Positions 27,150 through 35,932 of a stretch of 48,604 nt of DNA are shown piece by piece. The DNA is from a virus. Taxonomy: Duplodnaviria; Caudoviricetes. How positions within the stretch are numbered: position 1 is the first letter of the stretch; each line of letters begins with the position of its first letter. A model generated the notes under the pieces. The model was given only the letters and a program-made list of their open reading frames with translations, was not told the DNA's origin and did not search any database. The DNA is taken from positions 1 to 48,604 of IMG/VR virus record IMGVR_UViG_3300043442_000703; one strand, given 5' to 3'. Made by a program: the position numbers and the translations under genes.

Positions 27150-27626
27150 CCACTTTAGTCGTTTTTGGGCTTGTGTCTCCTCTTGTTGTTGCATTGCTCG
27201 ACATGAGTTGCCCAACGCACATTTCCAGGTTCGTAGTGGCCCCATGGATCTATCCGATCTAGGCTCTTGCCTTCAGGGCGTTCTCCTAACTCCATCCAAA
27301 ACTGCTCAAAACTTTCAAACTTAAACAGTACATCTCCATATACACCGCAATGATTGTCATCAACCCGTTTTTTTGCTCTCCAATAACTCTTCCAAGCTCC
27401 TACTTTTTGAGGATCGTGCCTAGCGGAAGGGTTTTTTATATTTAATTTTCGTCCGGAAAAAGCGCATGAACGACAGGTCCACTGTTTTCCTTTGCGGTTG
27501 TATTGATCAATACGGATGCGGCCTTCTGCATGACAATCTGTACAACTTACGTCAACGTAGTTCCAACGTGAAGACATGTGTGAAGTAACTCTGGAATTAT
27601 CATACCACTTAAGATCATCCACTTTA
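27150..27626 (-). mobile_element. 469-bp HNH insertion flanked by 8-bp direct repeats
   Basis: CCACTTTA at 27150-27157 and 27619-27626; removing one copy plus the insert restores AAG-TGG-TAG. Confidence 0.7.
27155..27577 (-). CDS. HNH (putative homing) endonuclease
   Basis: CxxC...CxxC; F..F...LGERPEGKSLDRID..GHYEPGNVRWAT..EQ.NN; ATG at 27577. Confidence 0.88.
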   Translation of the reverse strand: MSSRWNYVDVSCTDCHAEGRIRIDQYNRKGKQWTCRSCAFSGRKLNIKNPSARHDPQKVGAWKSYWRAKKRVDDNHCGVYGDVLFKFESFEQFWMELGERPEGKSLDRIDPWGHYEPGNVRWATHVEQCNNKRRHKPKND

Positions 27627-27915
27627 CCTTGTGCGACCAATATCTGGCAGACATTATGTCCGGATTTGGATCTTGAGCATTGTGTCTTGCGTAATATGAC
27701 TTCTTTCTTGCTTTTTCCTTTTCAGTTGTGGGGTGTTTACCGGCGCCTTCTACACCTTGCTGGCCAAAGCGGATGATCTTCTCCTCGCCCCCCTTACAAG
27801 CTTTGACCACATGGGATTTGGTGGGGTGCCCAGGGGTGCGGCGTGGTTTGTTGCACGCCATTTTGTCCTTGGCAATCTTGGCAGCCGCTGCTGCTTTTCT
27901 TCGTTTATCCGACAT
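27547..27915 (-). CDS. Small basic phage protein with an insertion-derived C-terminal extension
   Basis: KSHVVKAC..G..KIIRFGQQG...RKKSYYARH...ARYWSHKVKW followed by 23 unrelated residues. Confidence 0.8.
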   Translation of the reverse strand: MSDKRRKAAAAAKIAKDKMACNKPRRTPGHPTKSHVVKACKGGEEKIIRFGQQGVEGAGKHPTTEKEKARKKSYYARHNAQDPNPDIMSARYWSHKVKWMILSGMIIPELLHTCLHVGTTLT

Positions 27916-30900
27916 CAGATACCCTTAAACAAAGATGTGAATTCACCAAGGAATGCTTGACCAGAAGGAGATTTGCTATCTTCTTCCTCATCGTCTTCAC
28001 CAATTCTAAAGTAGTTTGTATAAAATTCTTTCGGAGATTCCTTCTCTGCTTCTTTAAGCGTTTCCGCTTGATCTTCTGGGAAGAAGCTTTCAATTGTTCC
28101 AAGGGATGAGAACGGATCTTGAAAGTCAAGCCCGTATGTTTTAAGCGCTGTATCTTTGCCTGCTTTCGTTAACAGGGTTTGTTCGCTTCGATCAAGATCA
28201 GGGAACATATTTTCGTAGAACTCATCTTCCGTTCCTTGGTAACCAGCCCCTTGAAAAATGGCGTATAGCTGTGTTGTGGGCTTGGCCATCTCATCTTTAT
28301 AGTCCTCTGGCTTTTCGATATAGGTAACGCCCAGGATTTCTTGAGTTGGGCGCTGACGTTTCTCATTGAGGTATTTGATTTGTTCTCGAATTTCTTGTGC
28401 AGAACCACCACGTAAGGTCTCCACAATGTACTGCTTTAATTCATCAACGGTACCAGCAAACTCAGAGATGCCGTAACGCTGGAGCACTTCTTTCCAGGTG
28501 TCTGGTGTTTTGGCTGGATCTAGGCCACGCAGCATTTCATCGGCAAATTCTTCCGGTGTAATGAAGGTACCAAACACCACCTGAGCCTTGTCAGCTTCCT
28601 TCTGAAGCTGGGGCATCACGTTTAAGGAGATGAAATCTTGCACCTTACTGGCGTTGGTGATGTCATCAGCAGCGTCGTAACCCTGGCCCTGGCCCTTCAC
28701 CTCAAAGTGCATGCGTGCAAAAGCGGCCTTATTGTTGACATCAATACCAAAACGATAGACCTGTACAGCCCAGTACGGATCTCCAGCTTTAGCTTTTTCC
28801 CAGTCTTCCTCTACTGTTTTCTTTTGCGTTTCATACTGTGCAGCGCGGCTGCGGTCACCAGTTGGATTAAAGTAAAACTCTGGATTGAATGAACGTGGGC
28901 CTTGCTGTTTTACCTGATCCAGATAAACCTGGCTCTGTAACTGACCAAGCTTCTTCAGAGATTGATCAATATCTGTAATTTCAAACGGGTTTCGCTCTTC
29001 TTGTCTGATATCAAGGTATTCAATAAATTCATCCATTGATTTGGATGTATTAAAACGCGGGATTAAGTATTCATCCAGATAATTACGTGCAAACTGAGCT
29101 TCAATATTCATCATCTCAGTTCTACCAGCTGCGTCATATGACAAAGCAAGGCCTCTATTTTTGGCGTCATCAAGTGTTTTGATGTCTGCCTCCAAACGTG
29201 AGTTAATCGGCTGCAACGTTAGTTTTGCACTTTCGTTGGGATCACCTTTAATCGTGTTAAGGATTGTTTCCCCTTCTGTTCCTTGTTTACCAAGGAAAGC
29301 AATCAACTCTTCTGTTGATTTAAATCCAGATTCTTCTAGGAACTTAGGCGTAAATTGGTTCTTATTAGCGTCAAAAGGTTTCTCTGTTGAATCTAGGAAA
29401 GCTGTGATGATATCTTTCTTCTCCTCTAAAGGTTCAAACATGGAGTAGTCAATACCGTACTTATCTTTAATGGCTTGATCAAACCACTGTTGCCAGTTAT
29501 AAACAACATTGTTTTGCATCCCAGTAACGTTCTGGAGTGCGCTCATCAGATCTTCTTCTCCCTTGCCACCAGAGGTAAAAGCCAGTACACCACCGACTCC
29601 AGAATCTCCAAGGATTGAATTGGATAGCTCCCGGTTGATATCAACCACCTCTGCAAAACCGCTGAAGCCACGGAAGAAGCTCATCATCTCCTGACGACCC
29701 TTCTGTTTCTTCATCTCAGCAATGGTGTCCTTAAGAATTGTTTGGTTCAATGCCGCAAACTTCTTAACGTCCACCGTCTTCTTTGTGTTAATGGCGGTAT
29801 TGATTGCATCTTCTAATTCAGTAATGCCGCTACCGGCATTGATGTTGTAGCTCAGGATGATCTGTTTATCTTCCGGTCGCTCGGACAAACGGAAGAGCAC
29901 TGCAAATTCTTCTGGCTTATCAACGTCCAGGTACTTTTCTTTGGCTAGTTGCTTCCAGTAAGGATCGCCCTGTCTTGCTTTTGTCCACTCATTAGAAACT
30001 TCCGGAACATTCAACAAACGTTGCGTAATTGTTTCTGTGTCAACACCTAGTTGTAAATCACGAATGTCTTGAAGCTCTTTGTCTGTTAAAGCTTTTTCTT
30101 CATATTTTTGAGCAGCGGCAAGATCTTCTTCTTTATTACCCCGCAAGCCCTGACCTTTGCCTGTGGTGGTGTAATGCTGCCAATAGTAGTTATTCTCACC
30201 GTAACGTTCAGTGATATCAATATCATCATTGGCAACCGCCTGGTTCCAGGCTGCATTGACCGTTGGGTTCTGTGCCTTGTAGTAGGCAGGATCAAACGTA
30301 CCGTACGGTGGCTGTGCTCCAAGGGAGGCATCCCACGGTACGAGCTTTTCCGTTTGATAGAACAGCTTGAACTGGGGTTTGATGTTGTCAATGATCTGCT
30401 GCGCATTGGCAGGGCTCATGCCCGCAGCGATCAAGCCGTCATAAGTGATCTGATCACGCTGGGCAACGTAATCACCACCTTTGGTTGTGGAGGCAAGAGA
30501 AACAGTTCTGGAATACAGCTGGTTTGTTGCCGTATTCTCCCTGTTAATTTGAGTATTTTCAGCGTTTAATTGAGTGTTCTGTTGATTTAATTCTGCAGCT
30601 TCTTTATTAAGGCGAGCGTTTGTATTGTTTAGCTGTGTATTGGTGGCATTCGTTCGAGCGTTTTGTGTATTGAGAAGCGTATTAGTTTCTCTAACCTTCT
30701 GAATATTTACATTGTGCTCAGCATTTCTAAGGTTTGCCGCATAATTATTGGCATTGATGTTGGCATTGTCAATATTTGCTACTCTGTTGGCCTCGTTCAG
30801 GGCGGCGTTGTCTTGATTTAATTTTCTATTGGCATTATTTGCGTCTGTATCATCTACCCATCTTTCTTTGGTTACGTTGTCACCATAAAGACAAGCGCCA

Positions 30901-31172
30901 AAAACTTTCCAGTAACAAACAAATTCGTTGTACTTTTCTTTCTTTTTCTTGTCAGTGGGATAATCAGTTCTGTAGTCTGTTTTTAAAGTGGTAGGTAAAT
31001 TAATAGGTAAATCAGTTGGCAGAAAATCCGGAATTGGATAATCTGTCTTCAGATTAGTTTCATAATCAGTTTTACGACTGGTGTCATAATCAGTCTTGTG
31101 GTCGGTTTTATAATCAGTTCTTTCGTTGTCAACAACCCACCTACGGGCGCTGGCATCGTAACGAATGCCCAT
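27915..31172 (-). CDS. Large putative internal virion / ejection protein
   Basis: 1085 aa; KTDY repeats, Asn-rich coiled coil, internal duplication; located in the structural arm. Confidence 0.65.
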   Translation of the reverse strand: MGIRYDASARRWVVDNERTDYKTDHKTDYDTSRKTDYETNLKTDYPIPDFLPTDLPINLPTTLKTDYRTDYPTDKKKKEKYNEFVCYWKVFGACLYGDNVTKERWVDDTDANNANRKLNQDNAALNEANRVANIDNANINANNYAANLRNAEHNVNIQKVRETNTLLNTQNARTNATNTQLNNTNARLNKEAAELNQQNTQLNAENTQINRENTATNQLYSRTVSLASTTKGGDYVAQRDQITYDGLIAAGMSPANAQQIIDNIKPQFKLFYQTEKLVPWDASLGAQPPYGTFDPAYYKAQNPTVNAAWNQAVANDDIDITERYGENNYYWQHYTTTGKGQGLRGNKEEDLAAAQKYEEKALTDKELQDIRDLQLGVDTETITQRLLNVPEVSNEWTKARQGDPYWKQLAKEKYLDVDKPEEFAVLFRLSERPEDKQIILSYNINAGSGITELEDAINTAINTKKTVDVKKFAALNQTILKDTIAEMKKQKGRQEMMSFFRGFSGFAEVVDINRELSNSILGDSGVGGVLAFTSGGKGEEDLMSALQNVTGMQNNVVYNWQQWFDQAIKDKYGIDYSMFEPLEEKKDIITAFLDSTEKPFDANKNQFTPKFLEESGFKSTEELIAFLGKQGTEGETILNTIKGDPNESAKLTLQPINSRLEADIKTLDDAKNRGLALSYDAAGRTEMMNIEAQFARNYLDEYLIPRFNTSKSMDEFIEYLDIRQEERNPFEITDIDQSLKKLGQLQSQVYLDQVKQQGPRSFNPEFYFNPTGDRSRAAQYETQKKTVEEDWEKAKAGDPYWAVQVYRFGIDVNNKAAFARMHFEVKGQGQGYDAADDITNASKVQDFISLNVMPQLQKEADKAQVVFGTFITPEEFADEMLRGLDPAKTPDTWKEVLQRYGISEFAGTVDELKQYIVETLRGGSAQEIREQIKYLNEKRQRPTQEILGVTYIEKPEDYKDEMAKPTTQLYAIFQGAGYQGTEDEFYENMFPDLDRSEQTLLTKAGKDTALKTYGLDFQDPFSSLGTIESFFPEDQAETLKEAEKESPKEFYTNYFRIGEDDEEEDSKSPSGQAFLGEFTSLFKGI

Positions 31173-31206
31173 TATCTCTAAAACTTTTTTCTTATCCTAC
31201 CAAGGA

Positions 31207-31575
31207 TTAAACCACAAATCCTGGATGGAACCCCGGATTTGTGTACTGGAAGATATCGATTAATTCCTGGGTCATCCAAGACTGGATCTTTTCGTACTGC
31301 ACTTGATCAAAAAACTCCTGCTGTTGGTACCATTCTTCCATCTTGGTACTGGCCTTATTGGAATTACAACTCCGGCATGCAGGTACCAGGTTATTGCGAT
31401 TGCTTGAGCCTGATTTGAAGCGAGGAATGATGTGATCAAGGCTCGTGGCGTCGGCCTTACAATAAGCACATTTATGGTTCCAGGCTTCGTAGATGGATTG
31501 TCGGTAACGTTTTTTCGCTAACTTGGGAGTTAATTCAATGAGTAGGGAAAGGGGTTCCTGCTCACAATTGAACAT
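31207..31575 (-). CDS. HNH endonuclease (McrA/HNH_5-like)
   Basis: CAYC..SLDHIIPR..G.....NLVPACRSCN..K. Confidence 0.9.
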   Translation of the reverse strand: MFNCEQEPLSLLIELTPKLAKKRYRQSIYEAWNHKCAYCKADATSLDHIIPRFKSGSSNRNNLVPACRSCNSNKASTKMEEWYQQQEFFDQVQYEKIQSWMTQELIDIFQYTNPGFHPGFVV

Positions 31576-31712
31576 ACTCTTTAGTTGCCGTTACCTTATT
31601 TTAATTTCGCCTCATTTATATAGAACCACAACAAAAACCAAAAATATCCGTTAAGAACCTTGACGGGCCTGTCTGGCTCGATACCGTATTAAGGTACACG
31701 TTTTTTCACGCC

Positions 31713-31931
31713 ATGGCCAAAACCAACGGATGGGTCTCTGTCAAACAAGCAGAAGAACTCCTTGGTATCGACCGCGACACTCTCTTCAAGTACCGCGACG
31801 ACGGCACCCTGAAGTTAGGTCCGCACTTCGCTGCTTTCCCTGAGACCCGTTCTCGTGACGGCTATCGCTGGAATGTCCCAGCGGTCAGAAAGCACCTGCA
31901 AAAGAAGGAGATGCTTGCTTCTGTTTCTTGA
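31713..31931 (+). CDS. Excisionase/HTH-like DNA-binding protein
   Basis: WVSVKQAEELLGIDRDTL.KYR..G.LK.GPHF...YRWN. Confidence 0.7.
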   Translation: MAKTNGWVSVKQAEELLGIDRDTLFKYRDDGTLKLGPHFAAFPETRSRDGYRWNVPAVRKHLQKKEMLASVS

Positions 31932-32307
31932 AGGAACGGGAGTAGTTCTTCCGGATGCGGTAGGCCAGTAACAAGTCGGTAACATTCAACCGAACTTCCT
32001 GGTACGCAATCGAACGGTAAAGGGACAAGGAGATGGGATCCCAGCAGCTCTGCAGATCGCAGGGCTGTTTTTCTTTGAGACCAAAAAGCAAAACCCACTG
32101 TGGGTGCAGCGGGCAAACAGTTCGTTTTTTGCCGGGAATGTGGAGCGAGTTATCCGTGCTCCATTGGAATCCAATCAATTCATCGGGCTTTAGACCGTAG
32201 GTTGCGACCATGCCGTAGAGCCAGGCCACATCCTTGGTCTTGCGGTGAGACGCCAGCTGGAAGTACTCATCTACAATCCGCTGGTCAACAGGCGGTGTTT
32301 GAGACAT
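31885..32307 (-). CDS. Truncated tyrosine-recombinase-like protein
   Basis: W.YGMVATYGLKPDE and R.V.PLHP.WV.LF.L resemble the catalytic domain of cyanobacterial integrases; only 140 aa. Confidence 0.55.
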   Translation of the reverse strand: MSQTPPVDQRIVDEYFQLASHRKTKDVAWLYGMVATYGLKPDELIGFQWSTDNSLHIPGKKRTVCPLHPQWVLLFGLKEKQPCDLQSCWDPISLSLYRSIAYQEVRLNVTDLLLAYRIRKNYSRSFKKQKQASPSFAGAF

Positions 32308-32379
32308 GACTGAGATGAACTGGATGACCCGACCTTAAGAATCAGGGTGTCCAGGTCGCAAGGGGTAACGGATTTCTTA

Positions 32380-32399
32380 ATTAGTCCGGCGGGACTAAT
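32380..32399. promoter_or_regulatory. Perfect hairpin (terminator or operator candidate)
   Basis: ATTAGTCC-GGCG-GGACTAAT downstream of the 32416-32637 gene. Confidence 0.5.
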
Positions 32400-32415
32400 A
32401 TAAGTTTACATTATG

Positions 32416-32637
32416 TTACTCAGGCCCCACGCCGCTTGCAAAGGCTGCCCAGGCCAGGCCAATGGCTTCCATGGTGGATGTTTCGCCTGACGCATAGGGC
32501 AGATGTACTACATCTCCGGCGTGATAAACCGTTGGGGTTCCACTGAATGAAATATCACTATCTCCGTAAATACGGGTATCGAGCTGTTCCTGAGAATAAA
32601 CAAAGTTAGATGCAACAACGTCACCAAAGTTTGCCAT
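32416..32637 (-). CDS. Hypothetical protein
   Basis: 73-aa ORF starting 2 nt after the upstream gene. Confidence 0.65.
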   Translation of the reverse strand: MANFGDVVASNFVYSQEQLDTRIYGDSDISFSGTPTVYHAGDVVHLPYASGETSTMEAIGLAWAAFASGVGPE

Positions 32638-32639
32638 GG

Positions 32640-34202
32640 CTACACAGCGGGTCGTTGACCAGAGGCAGGAATATACTTGCCTCCATTTTTATCGATCATT
32701 GTAAAACCTGCCATCTTCACAAAAGTAGATGGAATATTAAACAACTTCTGCATCATTGGCATCATCATGGGTGCCTGACAGTTGTAAGGAGGAACGTCCA
32801 TGGTAGACAACGAACGCCGTTGCAAGTTTGCAGCCCTGGCTTCAAGCTGATCACTTTCGGTTTCAGCCACCAGTTTTTGCTCCCATGCCGCCATGCTTTC
32901 AATGCCCACAGGAAAATCAGAAGGCTCTGGAGGGAATACACCTTCTTCATATTTCATGGCATAGATGTGTTTGCAGTAACGCATCTCATCAAGCAATGGA
33001 GTCCAGGTGTCTGTCAATGATGTGATTACATTTCCTGCCGCCGAATAATCGGCATAGTCAGGCATGCCTTCTGCCCTGGATCCAGGTAAAGAAGGATTTG
33101 TGGTACTCCTTAGATACATGGCGCCAAAATCTCTAAAGACGCCTGGGTTGTCTCTAGCTGCTCCGGGTTTAGTTGAAACTGTTGGTGTAACTGTTGGAGG
33201 AACGTTATATTGCGGTGCTGGTGAGATAATTCGCATGTCGCGATTCTCTGTGGCACTCGTCATGGCATTGTTATCTACCTGACCCTTCAGTGTCATTACC
33301 TCATAACGACCAGGCTTAAGAGAAGCAACATTTGTACGTGGGAACAAGGTTTTCAAGGAGTCAGAAACCTTGTTAAGTGAACCCATGAAATCGTAATCAC
33401 GTCGATTAAAATCCTGGCACGAACAACAATAGCGCGTGCCGGTCATAAAGAACCGACCAACATTTGGAGGCCGGGTTGCAGGTGTCACTAATTCGCGGTC
33501 CGGTGTTGCTTCTACAGAACCCGCCTTGCGTAGTTTTAGGATTCCATTAAAGGGATCTGTATCTGCTAAAACAGCAGAAACATATCCATAGCGCTTTTGG
33601 GTCGTTGGATCAATGGTGTCCCTATCAATGGGGACACCACCTGGAGTAATGATTCGATCTTCCAGGATCTCTCCGTTAATTGCTTTCAATCCACTAGGGG
33701 AGCCTGGCAGAGCAACGTATAAGGGAGGAGGAAGGGGGTTGCTTACGCTCCAGGTTCCTGTCAGTTTGACGTACCAGTAATTATCGTCTTCAGTGATAGA
33801 AGAAATAGAAGCACGCACCCCAGTGCTATCCCGAACATTGTCAAACCGTAAACTACCAGCCACACGCACACCAGCCCAGTGCATGCCGAAGTCCTTATTC
33901 TTTGTTGGGAATCCTTTGAAAATACCAGGAATGATTGGAACATTACCAGTGGTCGTTGGCGTGCCGGCTGGGACCGGCACAGTGTAAGTGAAAGGATAAT
34001 CGTATGAGTTGTCGTAGAAACGAGCTGTTGCAATCTCGTAACCACGCCGCCAACGTGACCATGCCGACTCTCGATTGACGGCATATAGCGAATCTGGGAC
34101 CGACCCCTTTGAGAACTCGGTCGTGATTGGTTTTACCGGCCGAGGATCAAAAGTTTTTACCTTTTGAAAGTCTCCAAAAGAGCTTCCACTCTTTTTGGCC
34201 AT
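32640..34202 (-). CDS. Hypothetical protein with a split SWIM-like Zn finger
   Basis: YCCSCQDF ... RYCKHIYA. Confidence 0.7.
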   Translation of the reverse strand: MAKKSGSSFGDFQKVKTFDPRPVKPITTEFSKGSVPDSLYAVNRESAWSRWRRGYEIATARFYDNSYDYPFTYTVPVPAGTPTTTGNVPIIPGIFKGFPTKNKDFGMHWAGVRVAGSLRFDNVRDSTGVRASISSITEDDNYWYVKLTGTWSVSNPLPPPLYVALPGSPSGLKAINGEILEDRIITPGGVPIDRDTIDPTTQKRYGYVSAVLADTDPFNGILKLRKAGSVEATPDRELVTPATRPPNVGRFFMTGTRYCCSCQDFNRRDYDFMGSLNKVSDSLKTLFPRTNVASLKPGRYEVMTLKGQVDNNAMTSATENRDMRIISPAPQYNVPPTVTPTVSTKPGAARDNPGVFRDFGAMYLRSTTNPSLPGSRAEGMPDYADYSAAGNVITSLTDTWTPLLDEMRYCKHIYAMKYEEGVFPPEPSDFPVGIESMAAWEQKLVAETESDQLEARAANLQRRSLSTMDVPPYNCQAPMMMPMMQKLFNIPSTFVKMAGFTMIDKNGGKYIPASGQRPAV

Positions 34203-34205
34203 GGC

Positions 34206-34985
34206 TTAGAAGAATCCGCCTTGTGCGTAGATATGGGCGCCAGGGGTGTAACCAGAAACGTTAGGGCCATCTGGAAACACACCAACATAAATACGATCAC
34301 CGCGCTCCAGGTAGATCCCCTTATTCCGAAGAGGAGCAGTTGGACCTAAACCATTAGTGTTACCTGCTTGCGCAACTGGTGCTGCAAGCTGAGGCATCAC
34401 GTCAGAACAATCAACAACGCCGCTATCAGCCGGAACTGTTTTTGCAAACAATACCTTGTAATCACCAGAGGCAGGAATCGGTGTCGTCGTACCACGAGTT
34501 TGATAGAAAACAAAAGTTACAGCTGGCTTATAGCCGTAAGCGACACCGTTGTAATTGAAACCAGAGGAGGTGCCACCGGAGTAAAGAAGAGATGTGTTAA
34601 CGCCAGTTAGGGTTGTGGCGCCGGTATAGGTGTAATAACCGACACCGCTAGCAGGAGCAGTTCCAACAACGGACGCAGTTTGAACATAAACAATCTGACC
34701 GCTTACCAGGGAAATTACTGTGCCTGAAGTACTTGCGTTAACAGTGTAATCAGCTGCACGCGTAAAATCATTACGGGCAATGGTAATCGAATCAACGATC
34801 CCGCCGTTATTGTTATCCTCTTCCAAGGCTGCATCCATATCCACAAGGATAGAAGGAGCCTGGCCGCCCTGCACAAAAATAGTGTTGCCAGCCTGGCTGC
34901 CCACCGTCTGACTCGTGACGCGCACAGAATCAAACAGTGGACGATCAACCAAGAGCGGCTGCTTATTCGTGGAAGTACTGGACAC
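34206..34985 (-). CDS. Putative virion structural protein
   Basis: Beta-rich 259 aa, GTG start, promoter motif upstream. Confidence 0.65.
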   Translation of the reverse strand: MSSTSTNKQPLLVDRPLFDSVRVTSQTVGSQAGNTIFVQGGQAPSILVDMDAALEEDNNNGGIVDSITIARNDFTRAADYTVNASTSGTVISLVSGQIVYVQTASVVGTAPASGVGYYTYTGATTLTGVNTSLLYSGGTSSGFNYNGVAYGYKPAVTFVFYQTRGTTTPIPASGDYKVLFAKTVPADSGVVDCSDVMPQLAAPVAQAGNTNGLGPTAPLRNKGIYLERGDRIYVGVFPDGPNVSGYTPGAHIYAQGGFF

Positions 34986-35022
34986 GTCTTTACTTTACCT
35001 TTTTTCTCATTATAAAGGACTG

Positions 35023-35265
35023 TTATGCCCTTGGAGTTAAACCAAATTCGGTCATGAAAGACATGTAGTCAGTGAATCCTTTCGGATACTTAACCGTTTG
35101 TGTAAACAAACTTTCAGGATCCCGTTGGAGATTAAGGAATCTCTGGAAGGATTCACTGTCCATGGTGGTTTCCGTGTTCGGTGTAAAGAGAAAACGATTC
35201 TTCCCATACACCGAACGGTAGTATTCACCAGGGCTGTACTTATCAGAATAATCAGCGTATGCCAT
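35023..35265 (-). CDS. Hypothetical protein
   Basis: 80-aa ORF with TAATG coupling. Confidence 0.6.
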   Translation of the reverse strand: MAYADYSDKYSPGEYYRSVYGKNRFLFTPNTETTMDSESFQRFLNLQRDPESLFTQTVKYPKGFTDYMSFMTEFGLTPRA

Positions 35266-35930
35266 TAGAACAAGCCTCCAAAAGGTCCGACGCCTAAGGT
35301 GCCAAACACATTGGGAACCGTTGGAAATGCACGTTGCATCAAGCTTTCCATCAACCCTGCTTTCACCGTATCCAACAGAGATGTTGCTTTCCGTTTCCGA
35401 AGAGCAGTTGTCAACTCTGCCGTTGAGATTTGAGGAGCTGCTGCAGGAGCTGCGGCAACGGGCATCGGTGCGCCAGCTGCTGGGATATCCCCCAATACAC
35501 GGCGTGCGTTTTCATAAAGGTCACCACCCTTACGGAAGCGTGGTAAAGCGCCGGATACAGAAGTGCCAAACGAATCCTGAGCATTCAGGGAAACATTTGG
35601 GTTACCGCCAAGAACGGTTGCATACGCACGGCCAATCCCCATGCCAGGTTTGTAGCCACGGTCTTCAAAGTACCGAAGAACAGCAGGCATCTGGCCAGCC
35701 CTGGTCTGTGGACCAGAGATGCCATACAGCTGTTGTTCATTCTGTCCAAACTGAATCAGACCTTTGTGGCGACCGCCGGCACCCCCAACGATATTGGGGT
35801 CCATATTGGCGCCAGATTCCAGAGAAAGGAAGGCACCAAACTCATAGGGATCCAGGCCCAGTTTCCTGGCGCCCTGGATGATTGCCATGCGTTCTTCTTG
35901 AGGAAGAATACCAACGCGTGCTGGTGCCAT
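35265..35930 (-). CDS. Lysozyme-like / lytic transglycosylase virion protein
   Basis: LGLDP.....F..LESG...DP......GLIQF...Y..VLGGN; ATG at 35930. Confidence 0.7.
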   Translation of the reverse strand: MAPARVGILPQEERMAIIQGARKLGLDPYEFGAFLSLESGANMDPNIVGGAGGRHKGLIQFGQNEQQLYGISGPQTRAGQMPAVLRYFEDRGYKPGMGIGRAYATVLGGNPNVSLNAQDSFGTSVSGALPRFRKGGDLYENARRVLGDIPAAGAPMPVAAAPAAAPQISTAELTTALRKRKATSLLDTVKAGLMESLMQRAFPTVPNVFGTLGVGPFGGLF

Positions 35931-35932
35931 CT

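Noticed and set aside
27150-27626. Group I intron interpretation of the HNH insert
   Set aside because: The ORF occupies nearly all of the 469 bp, leaving no room for a recognisable ribozyme core
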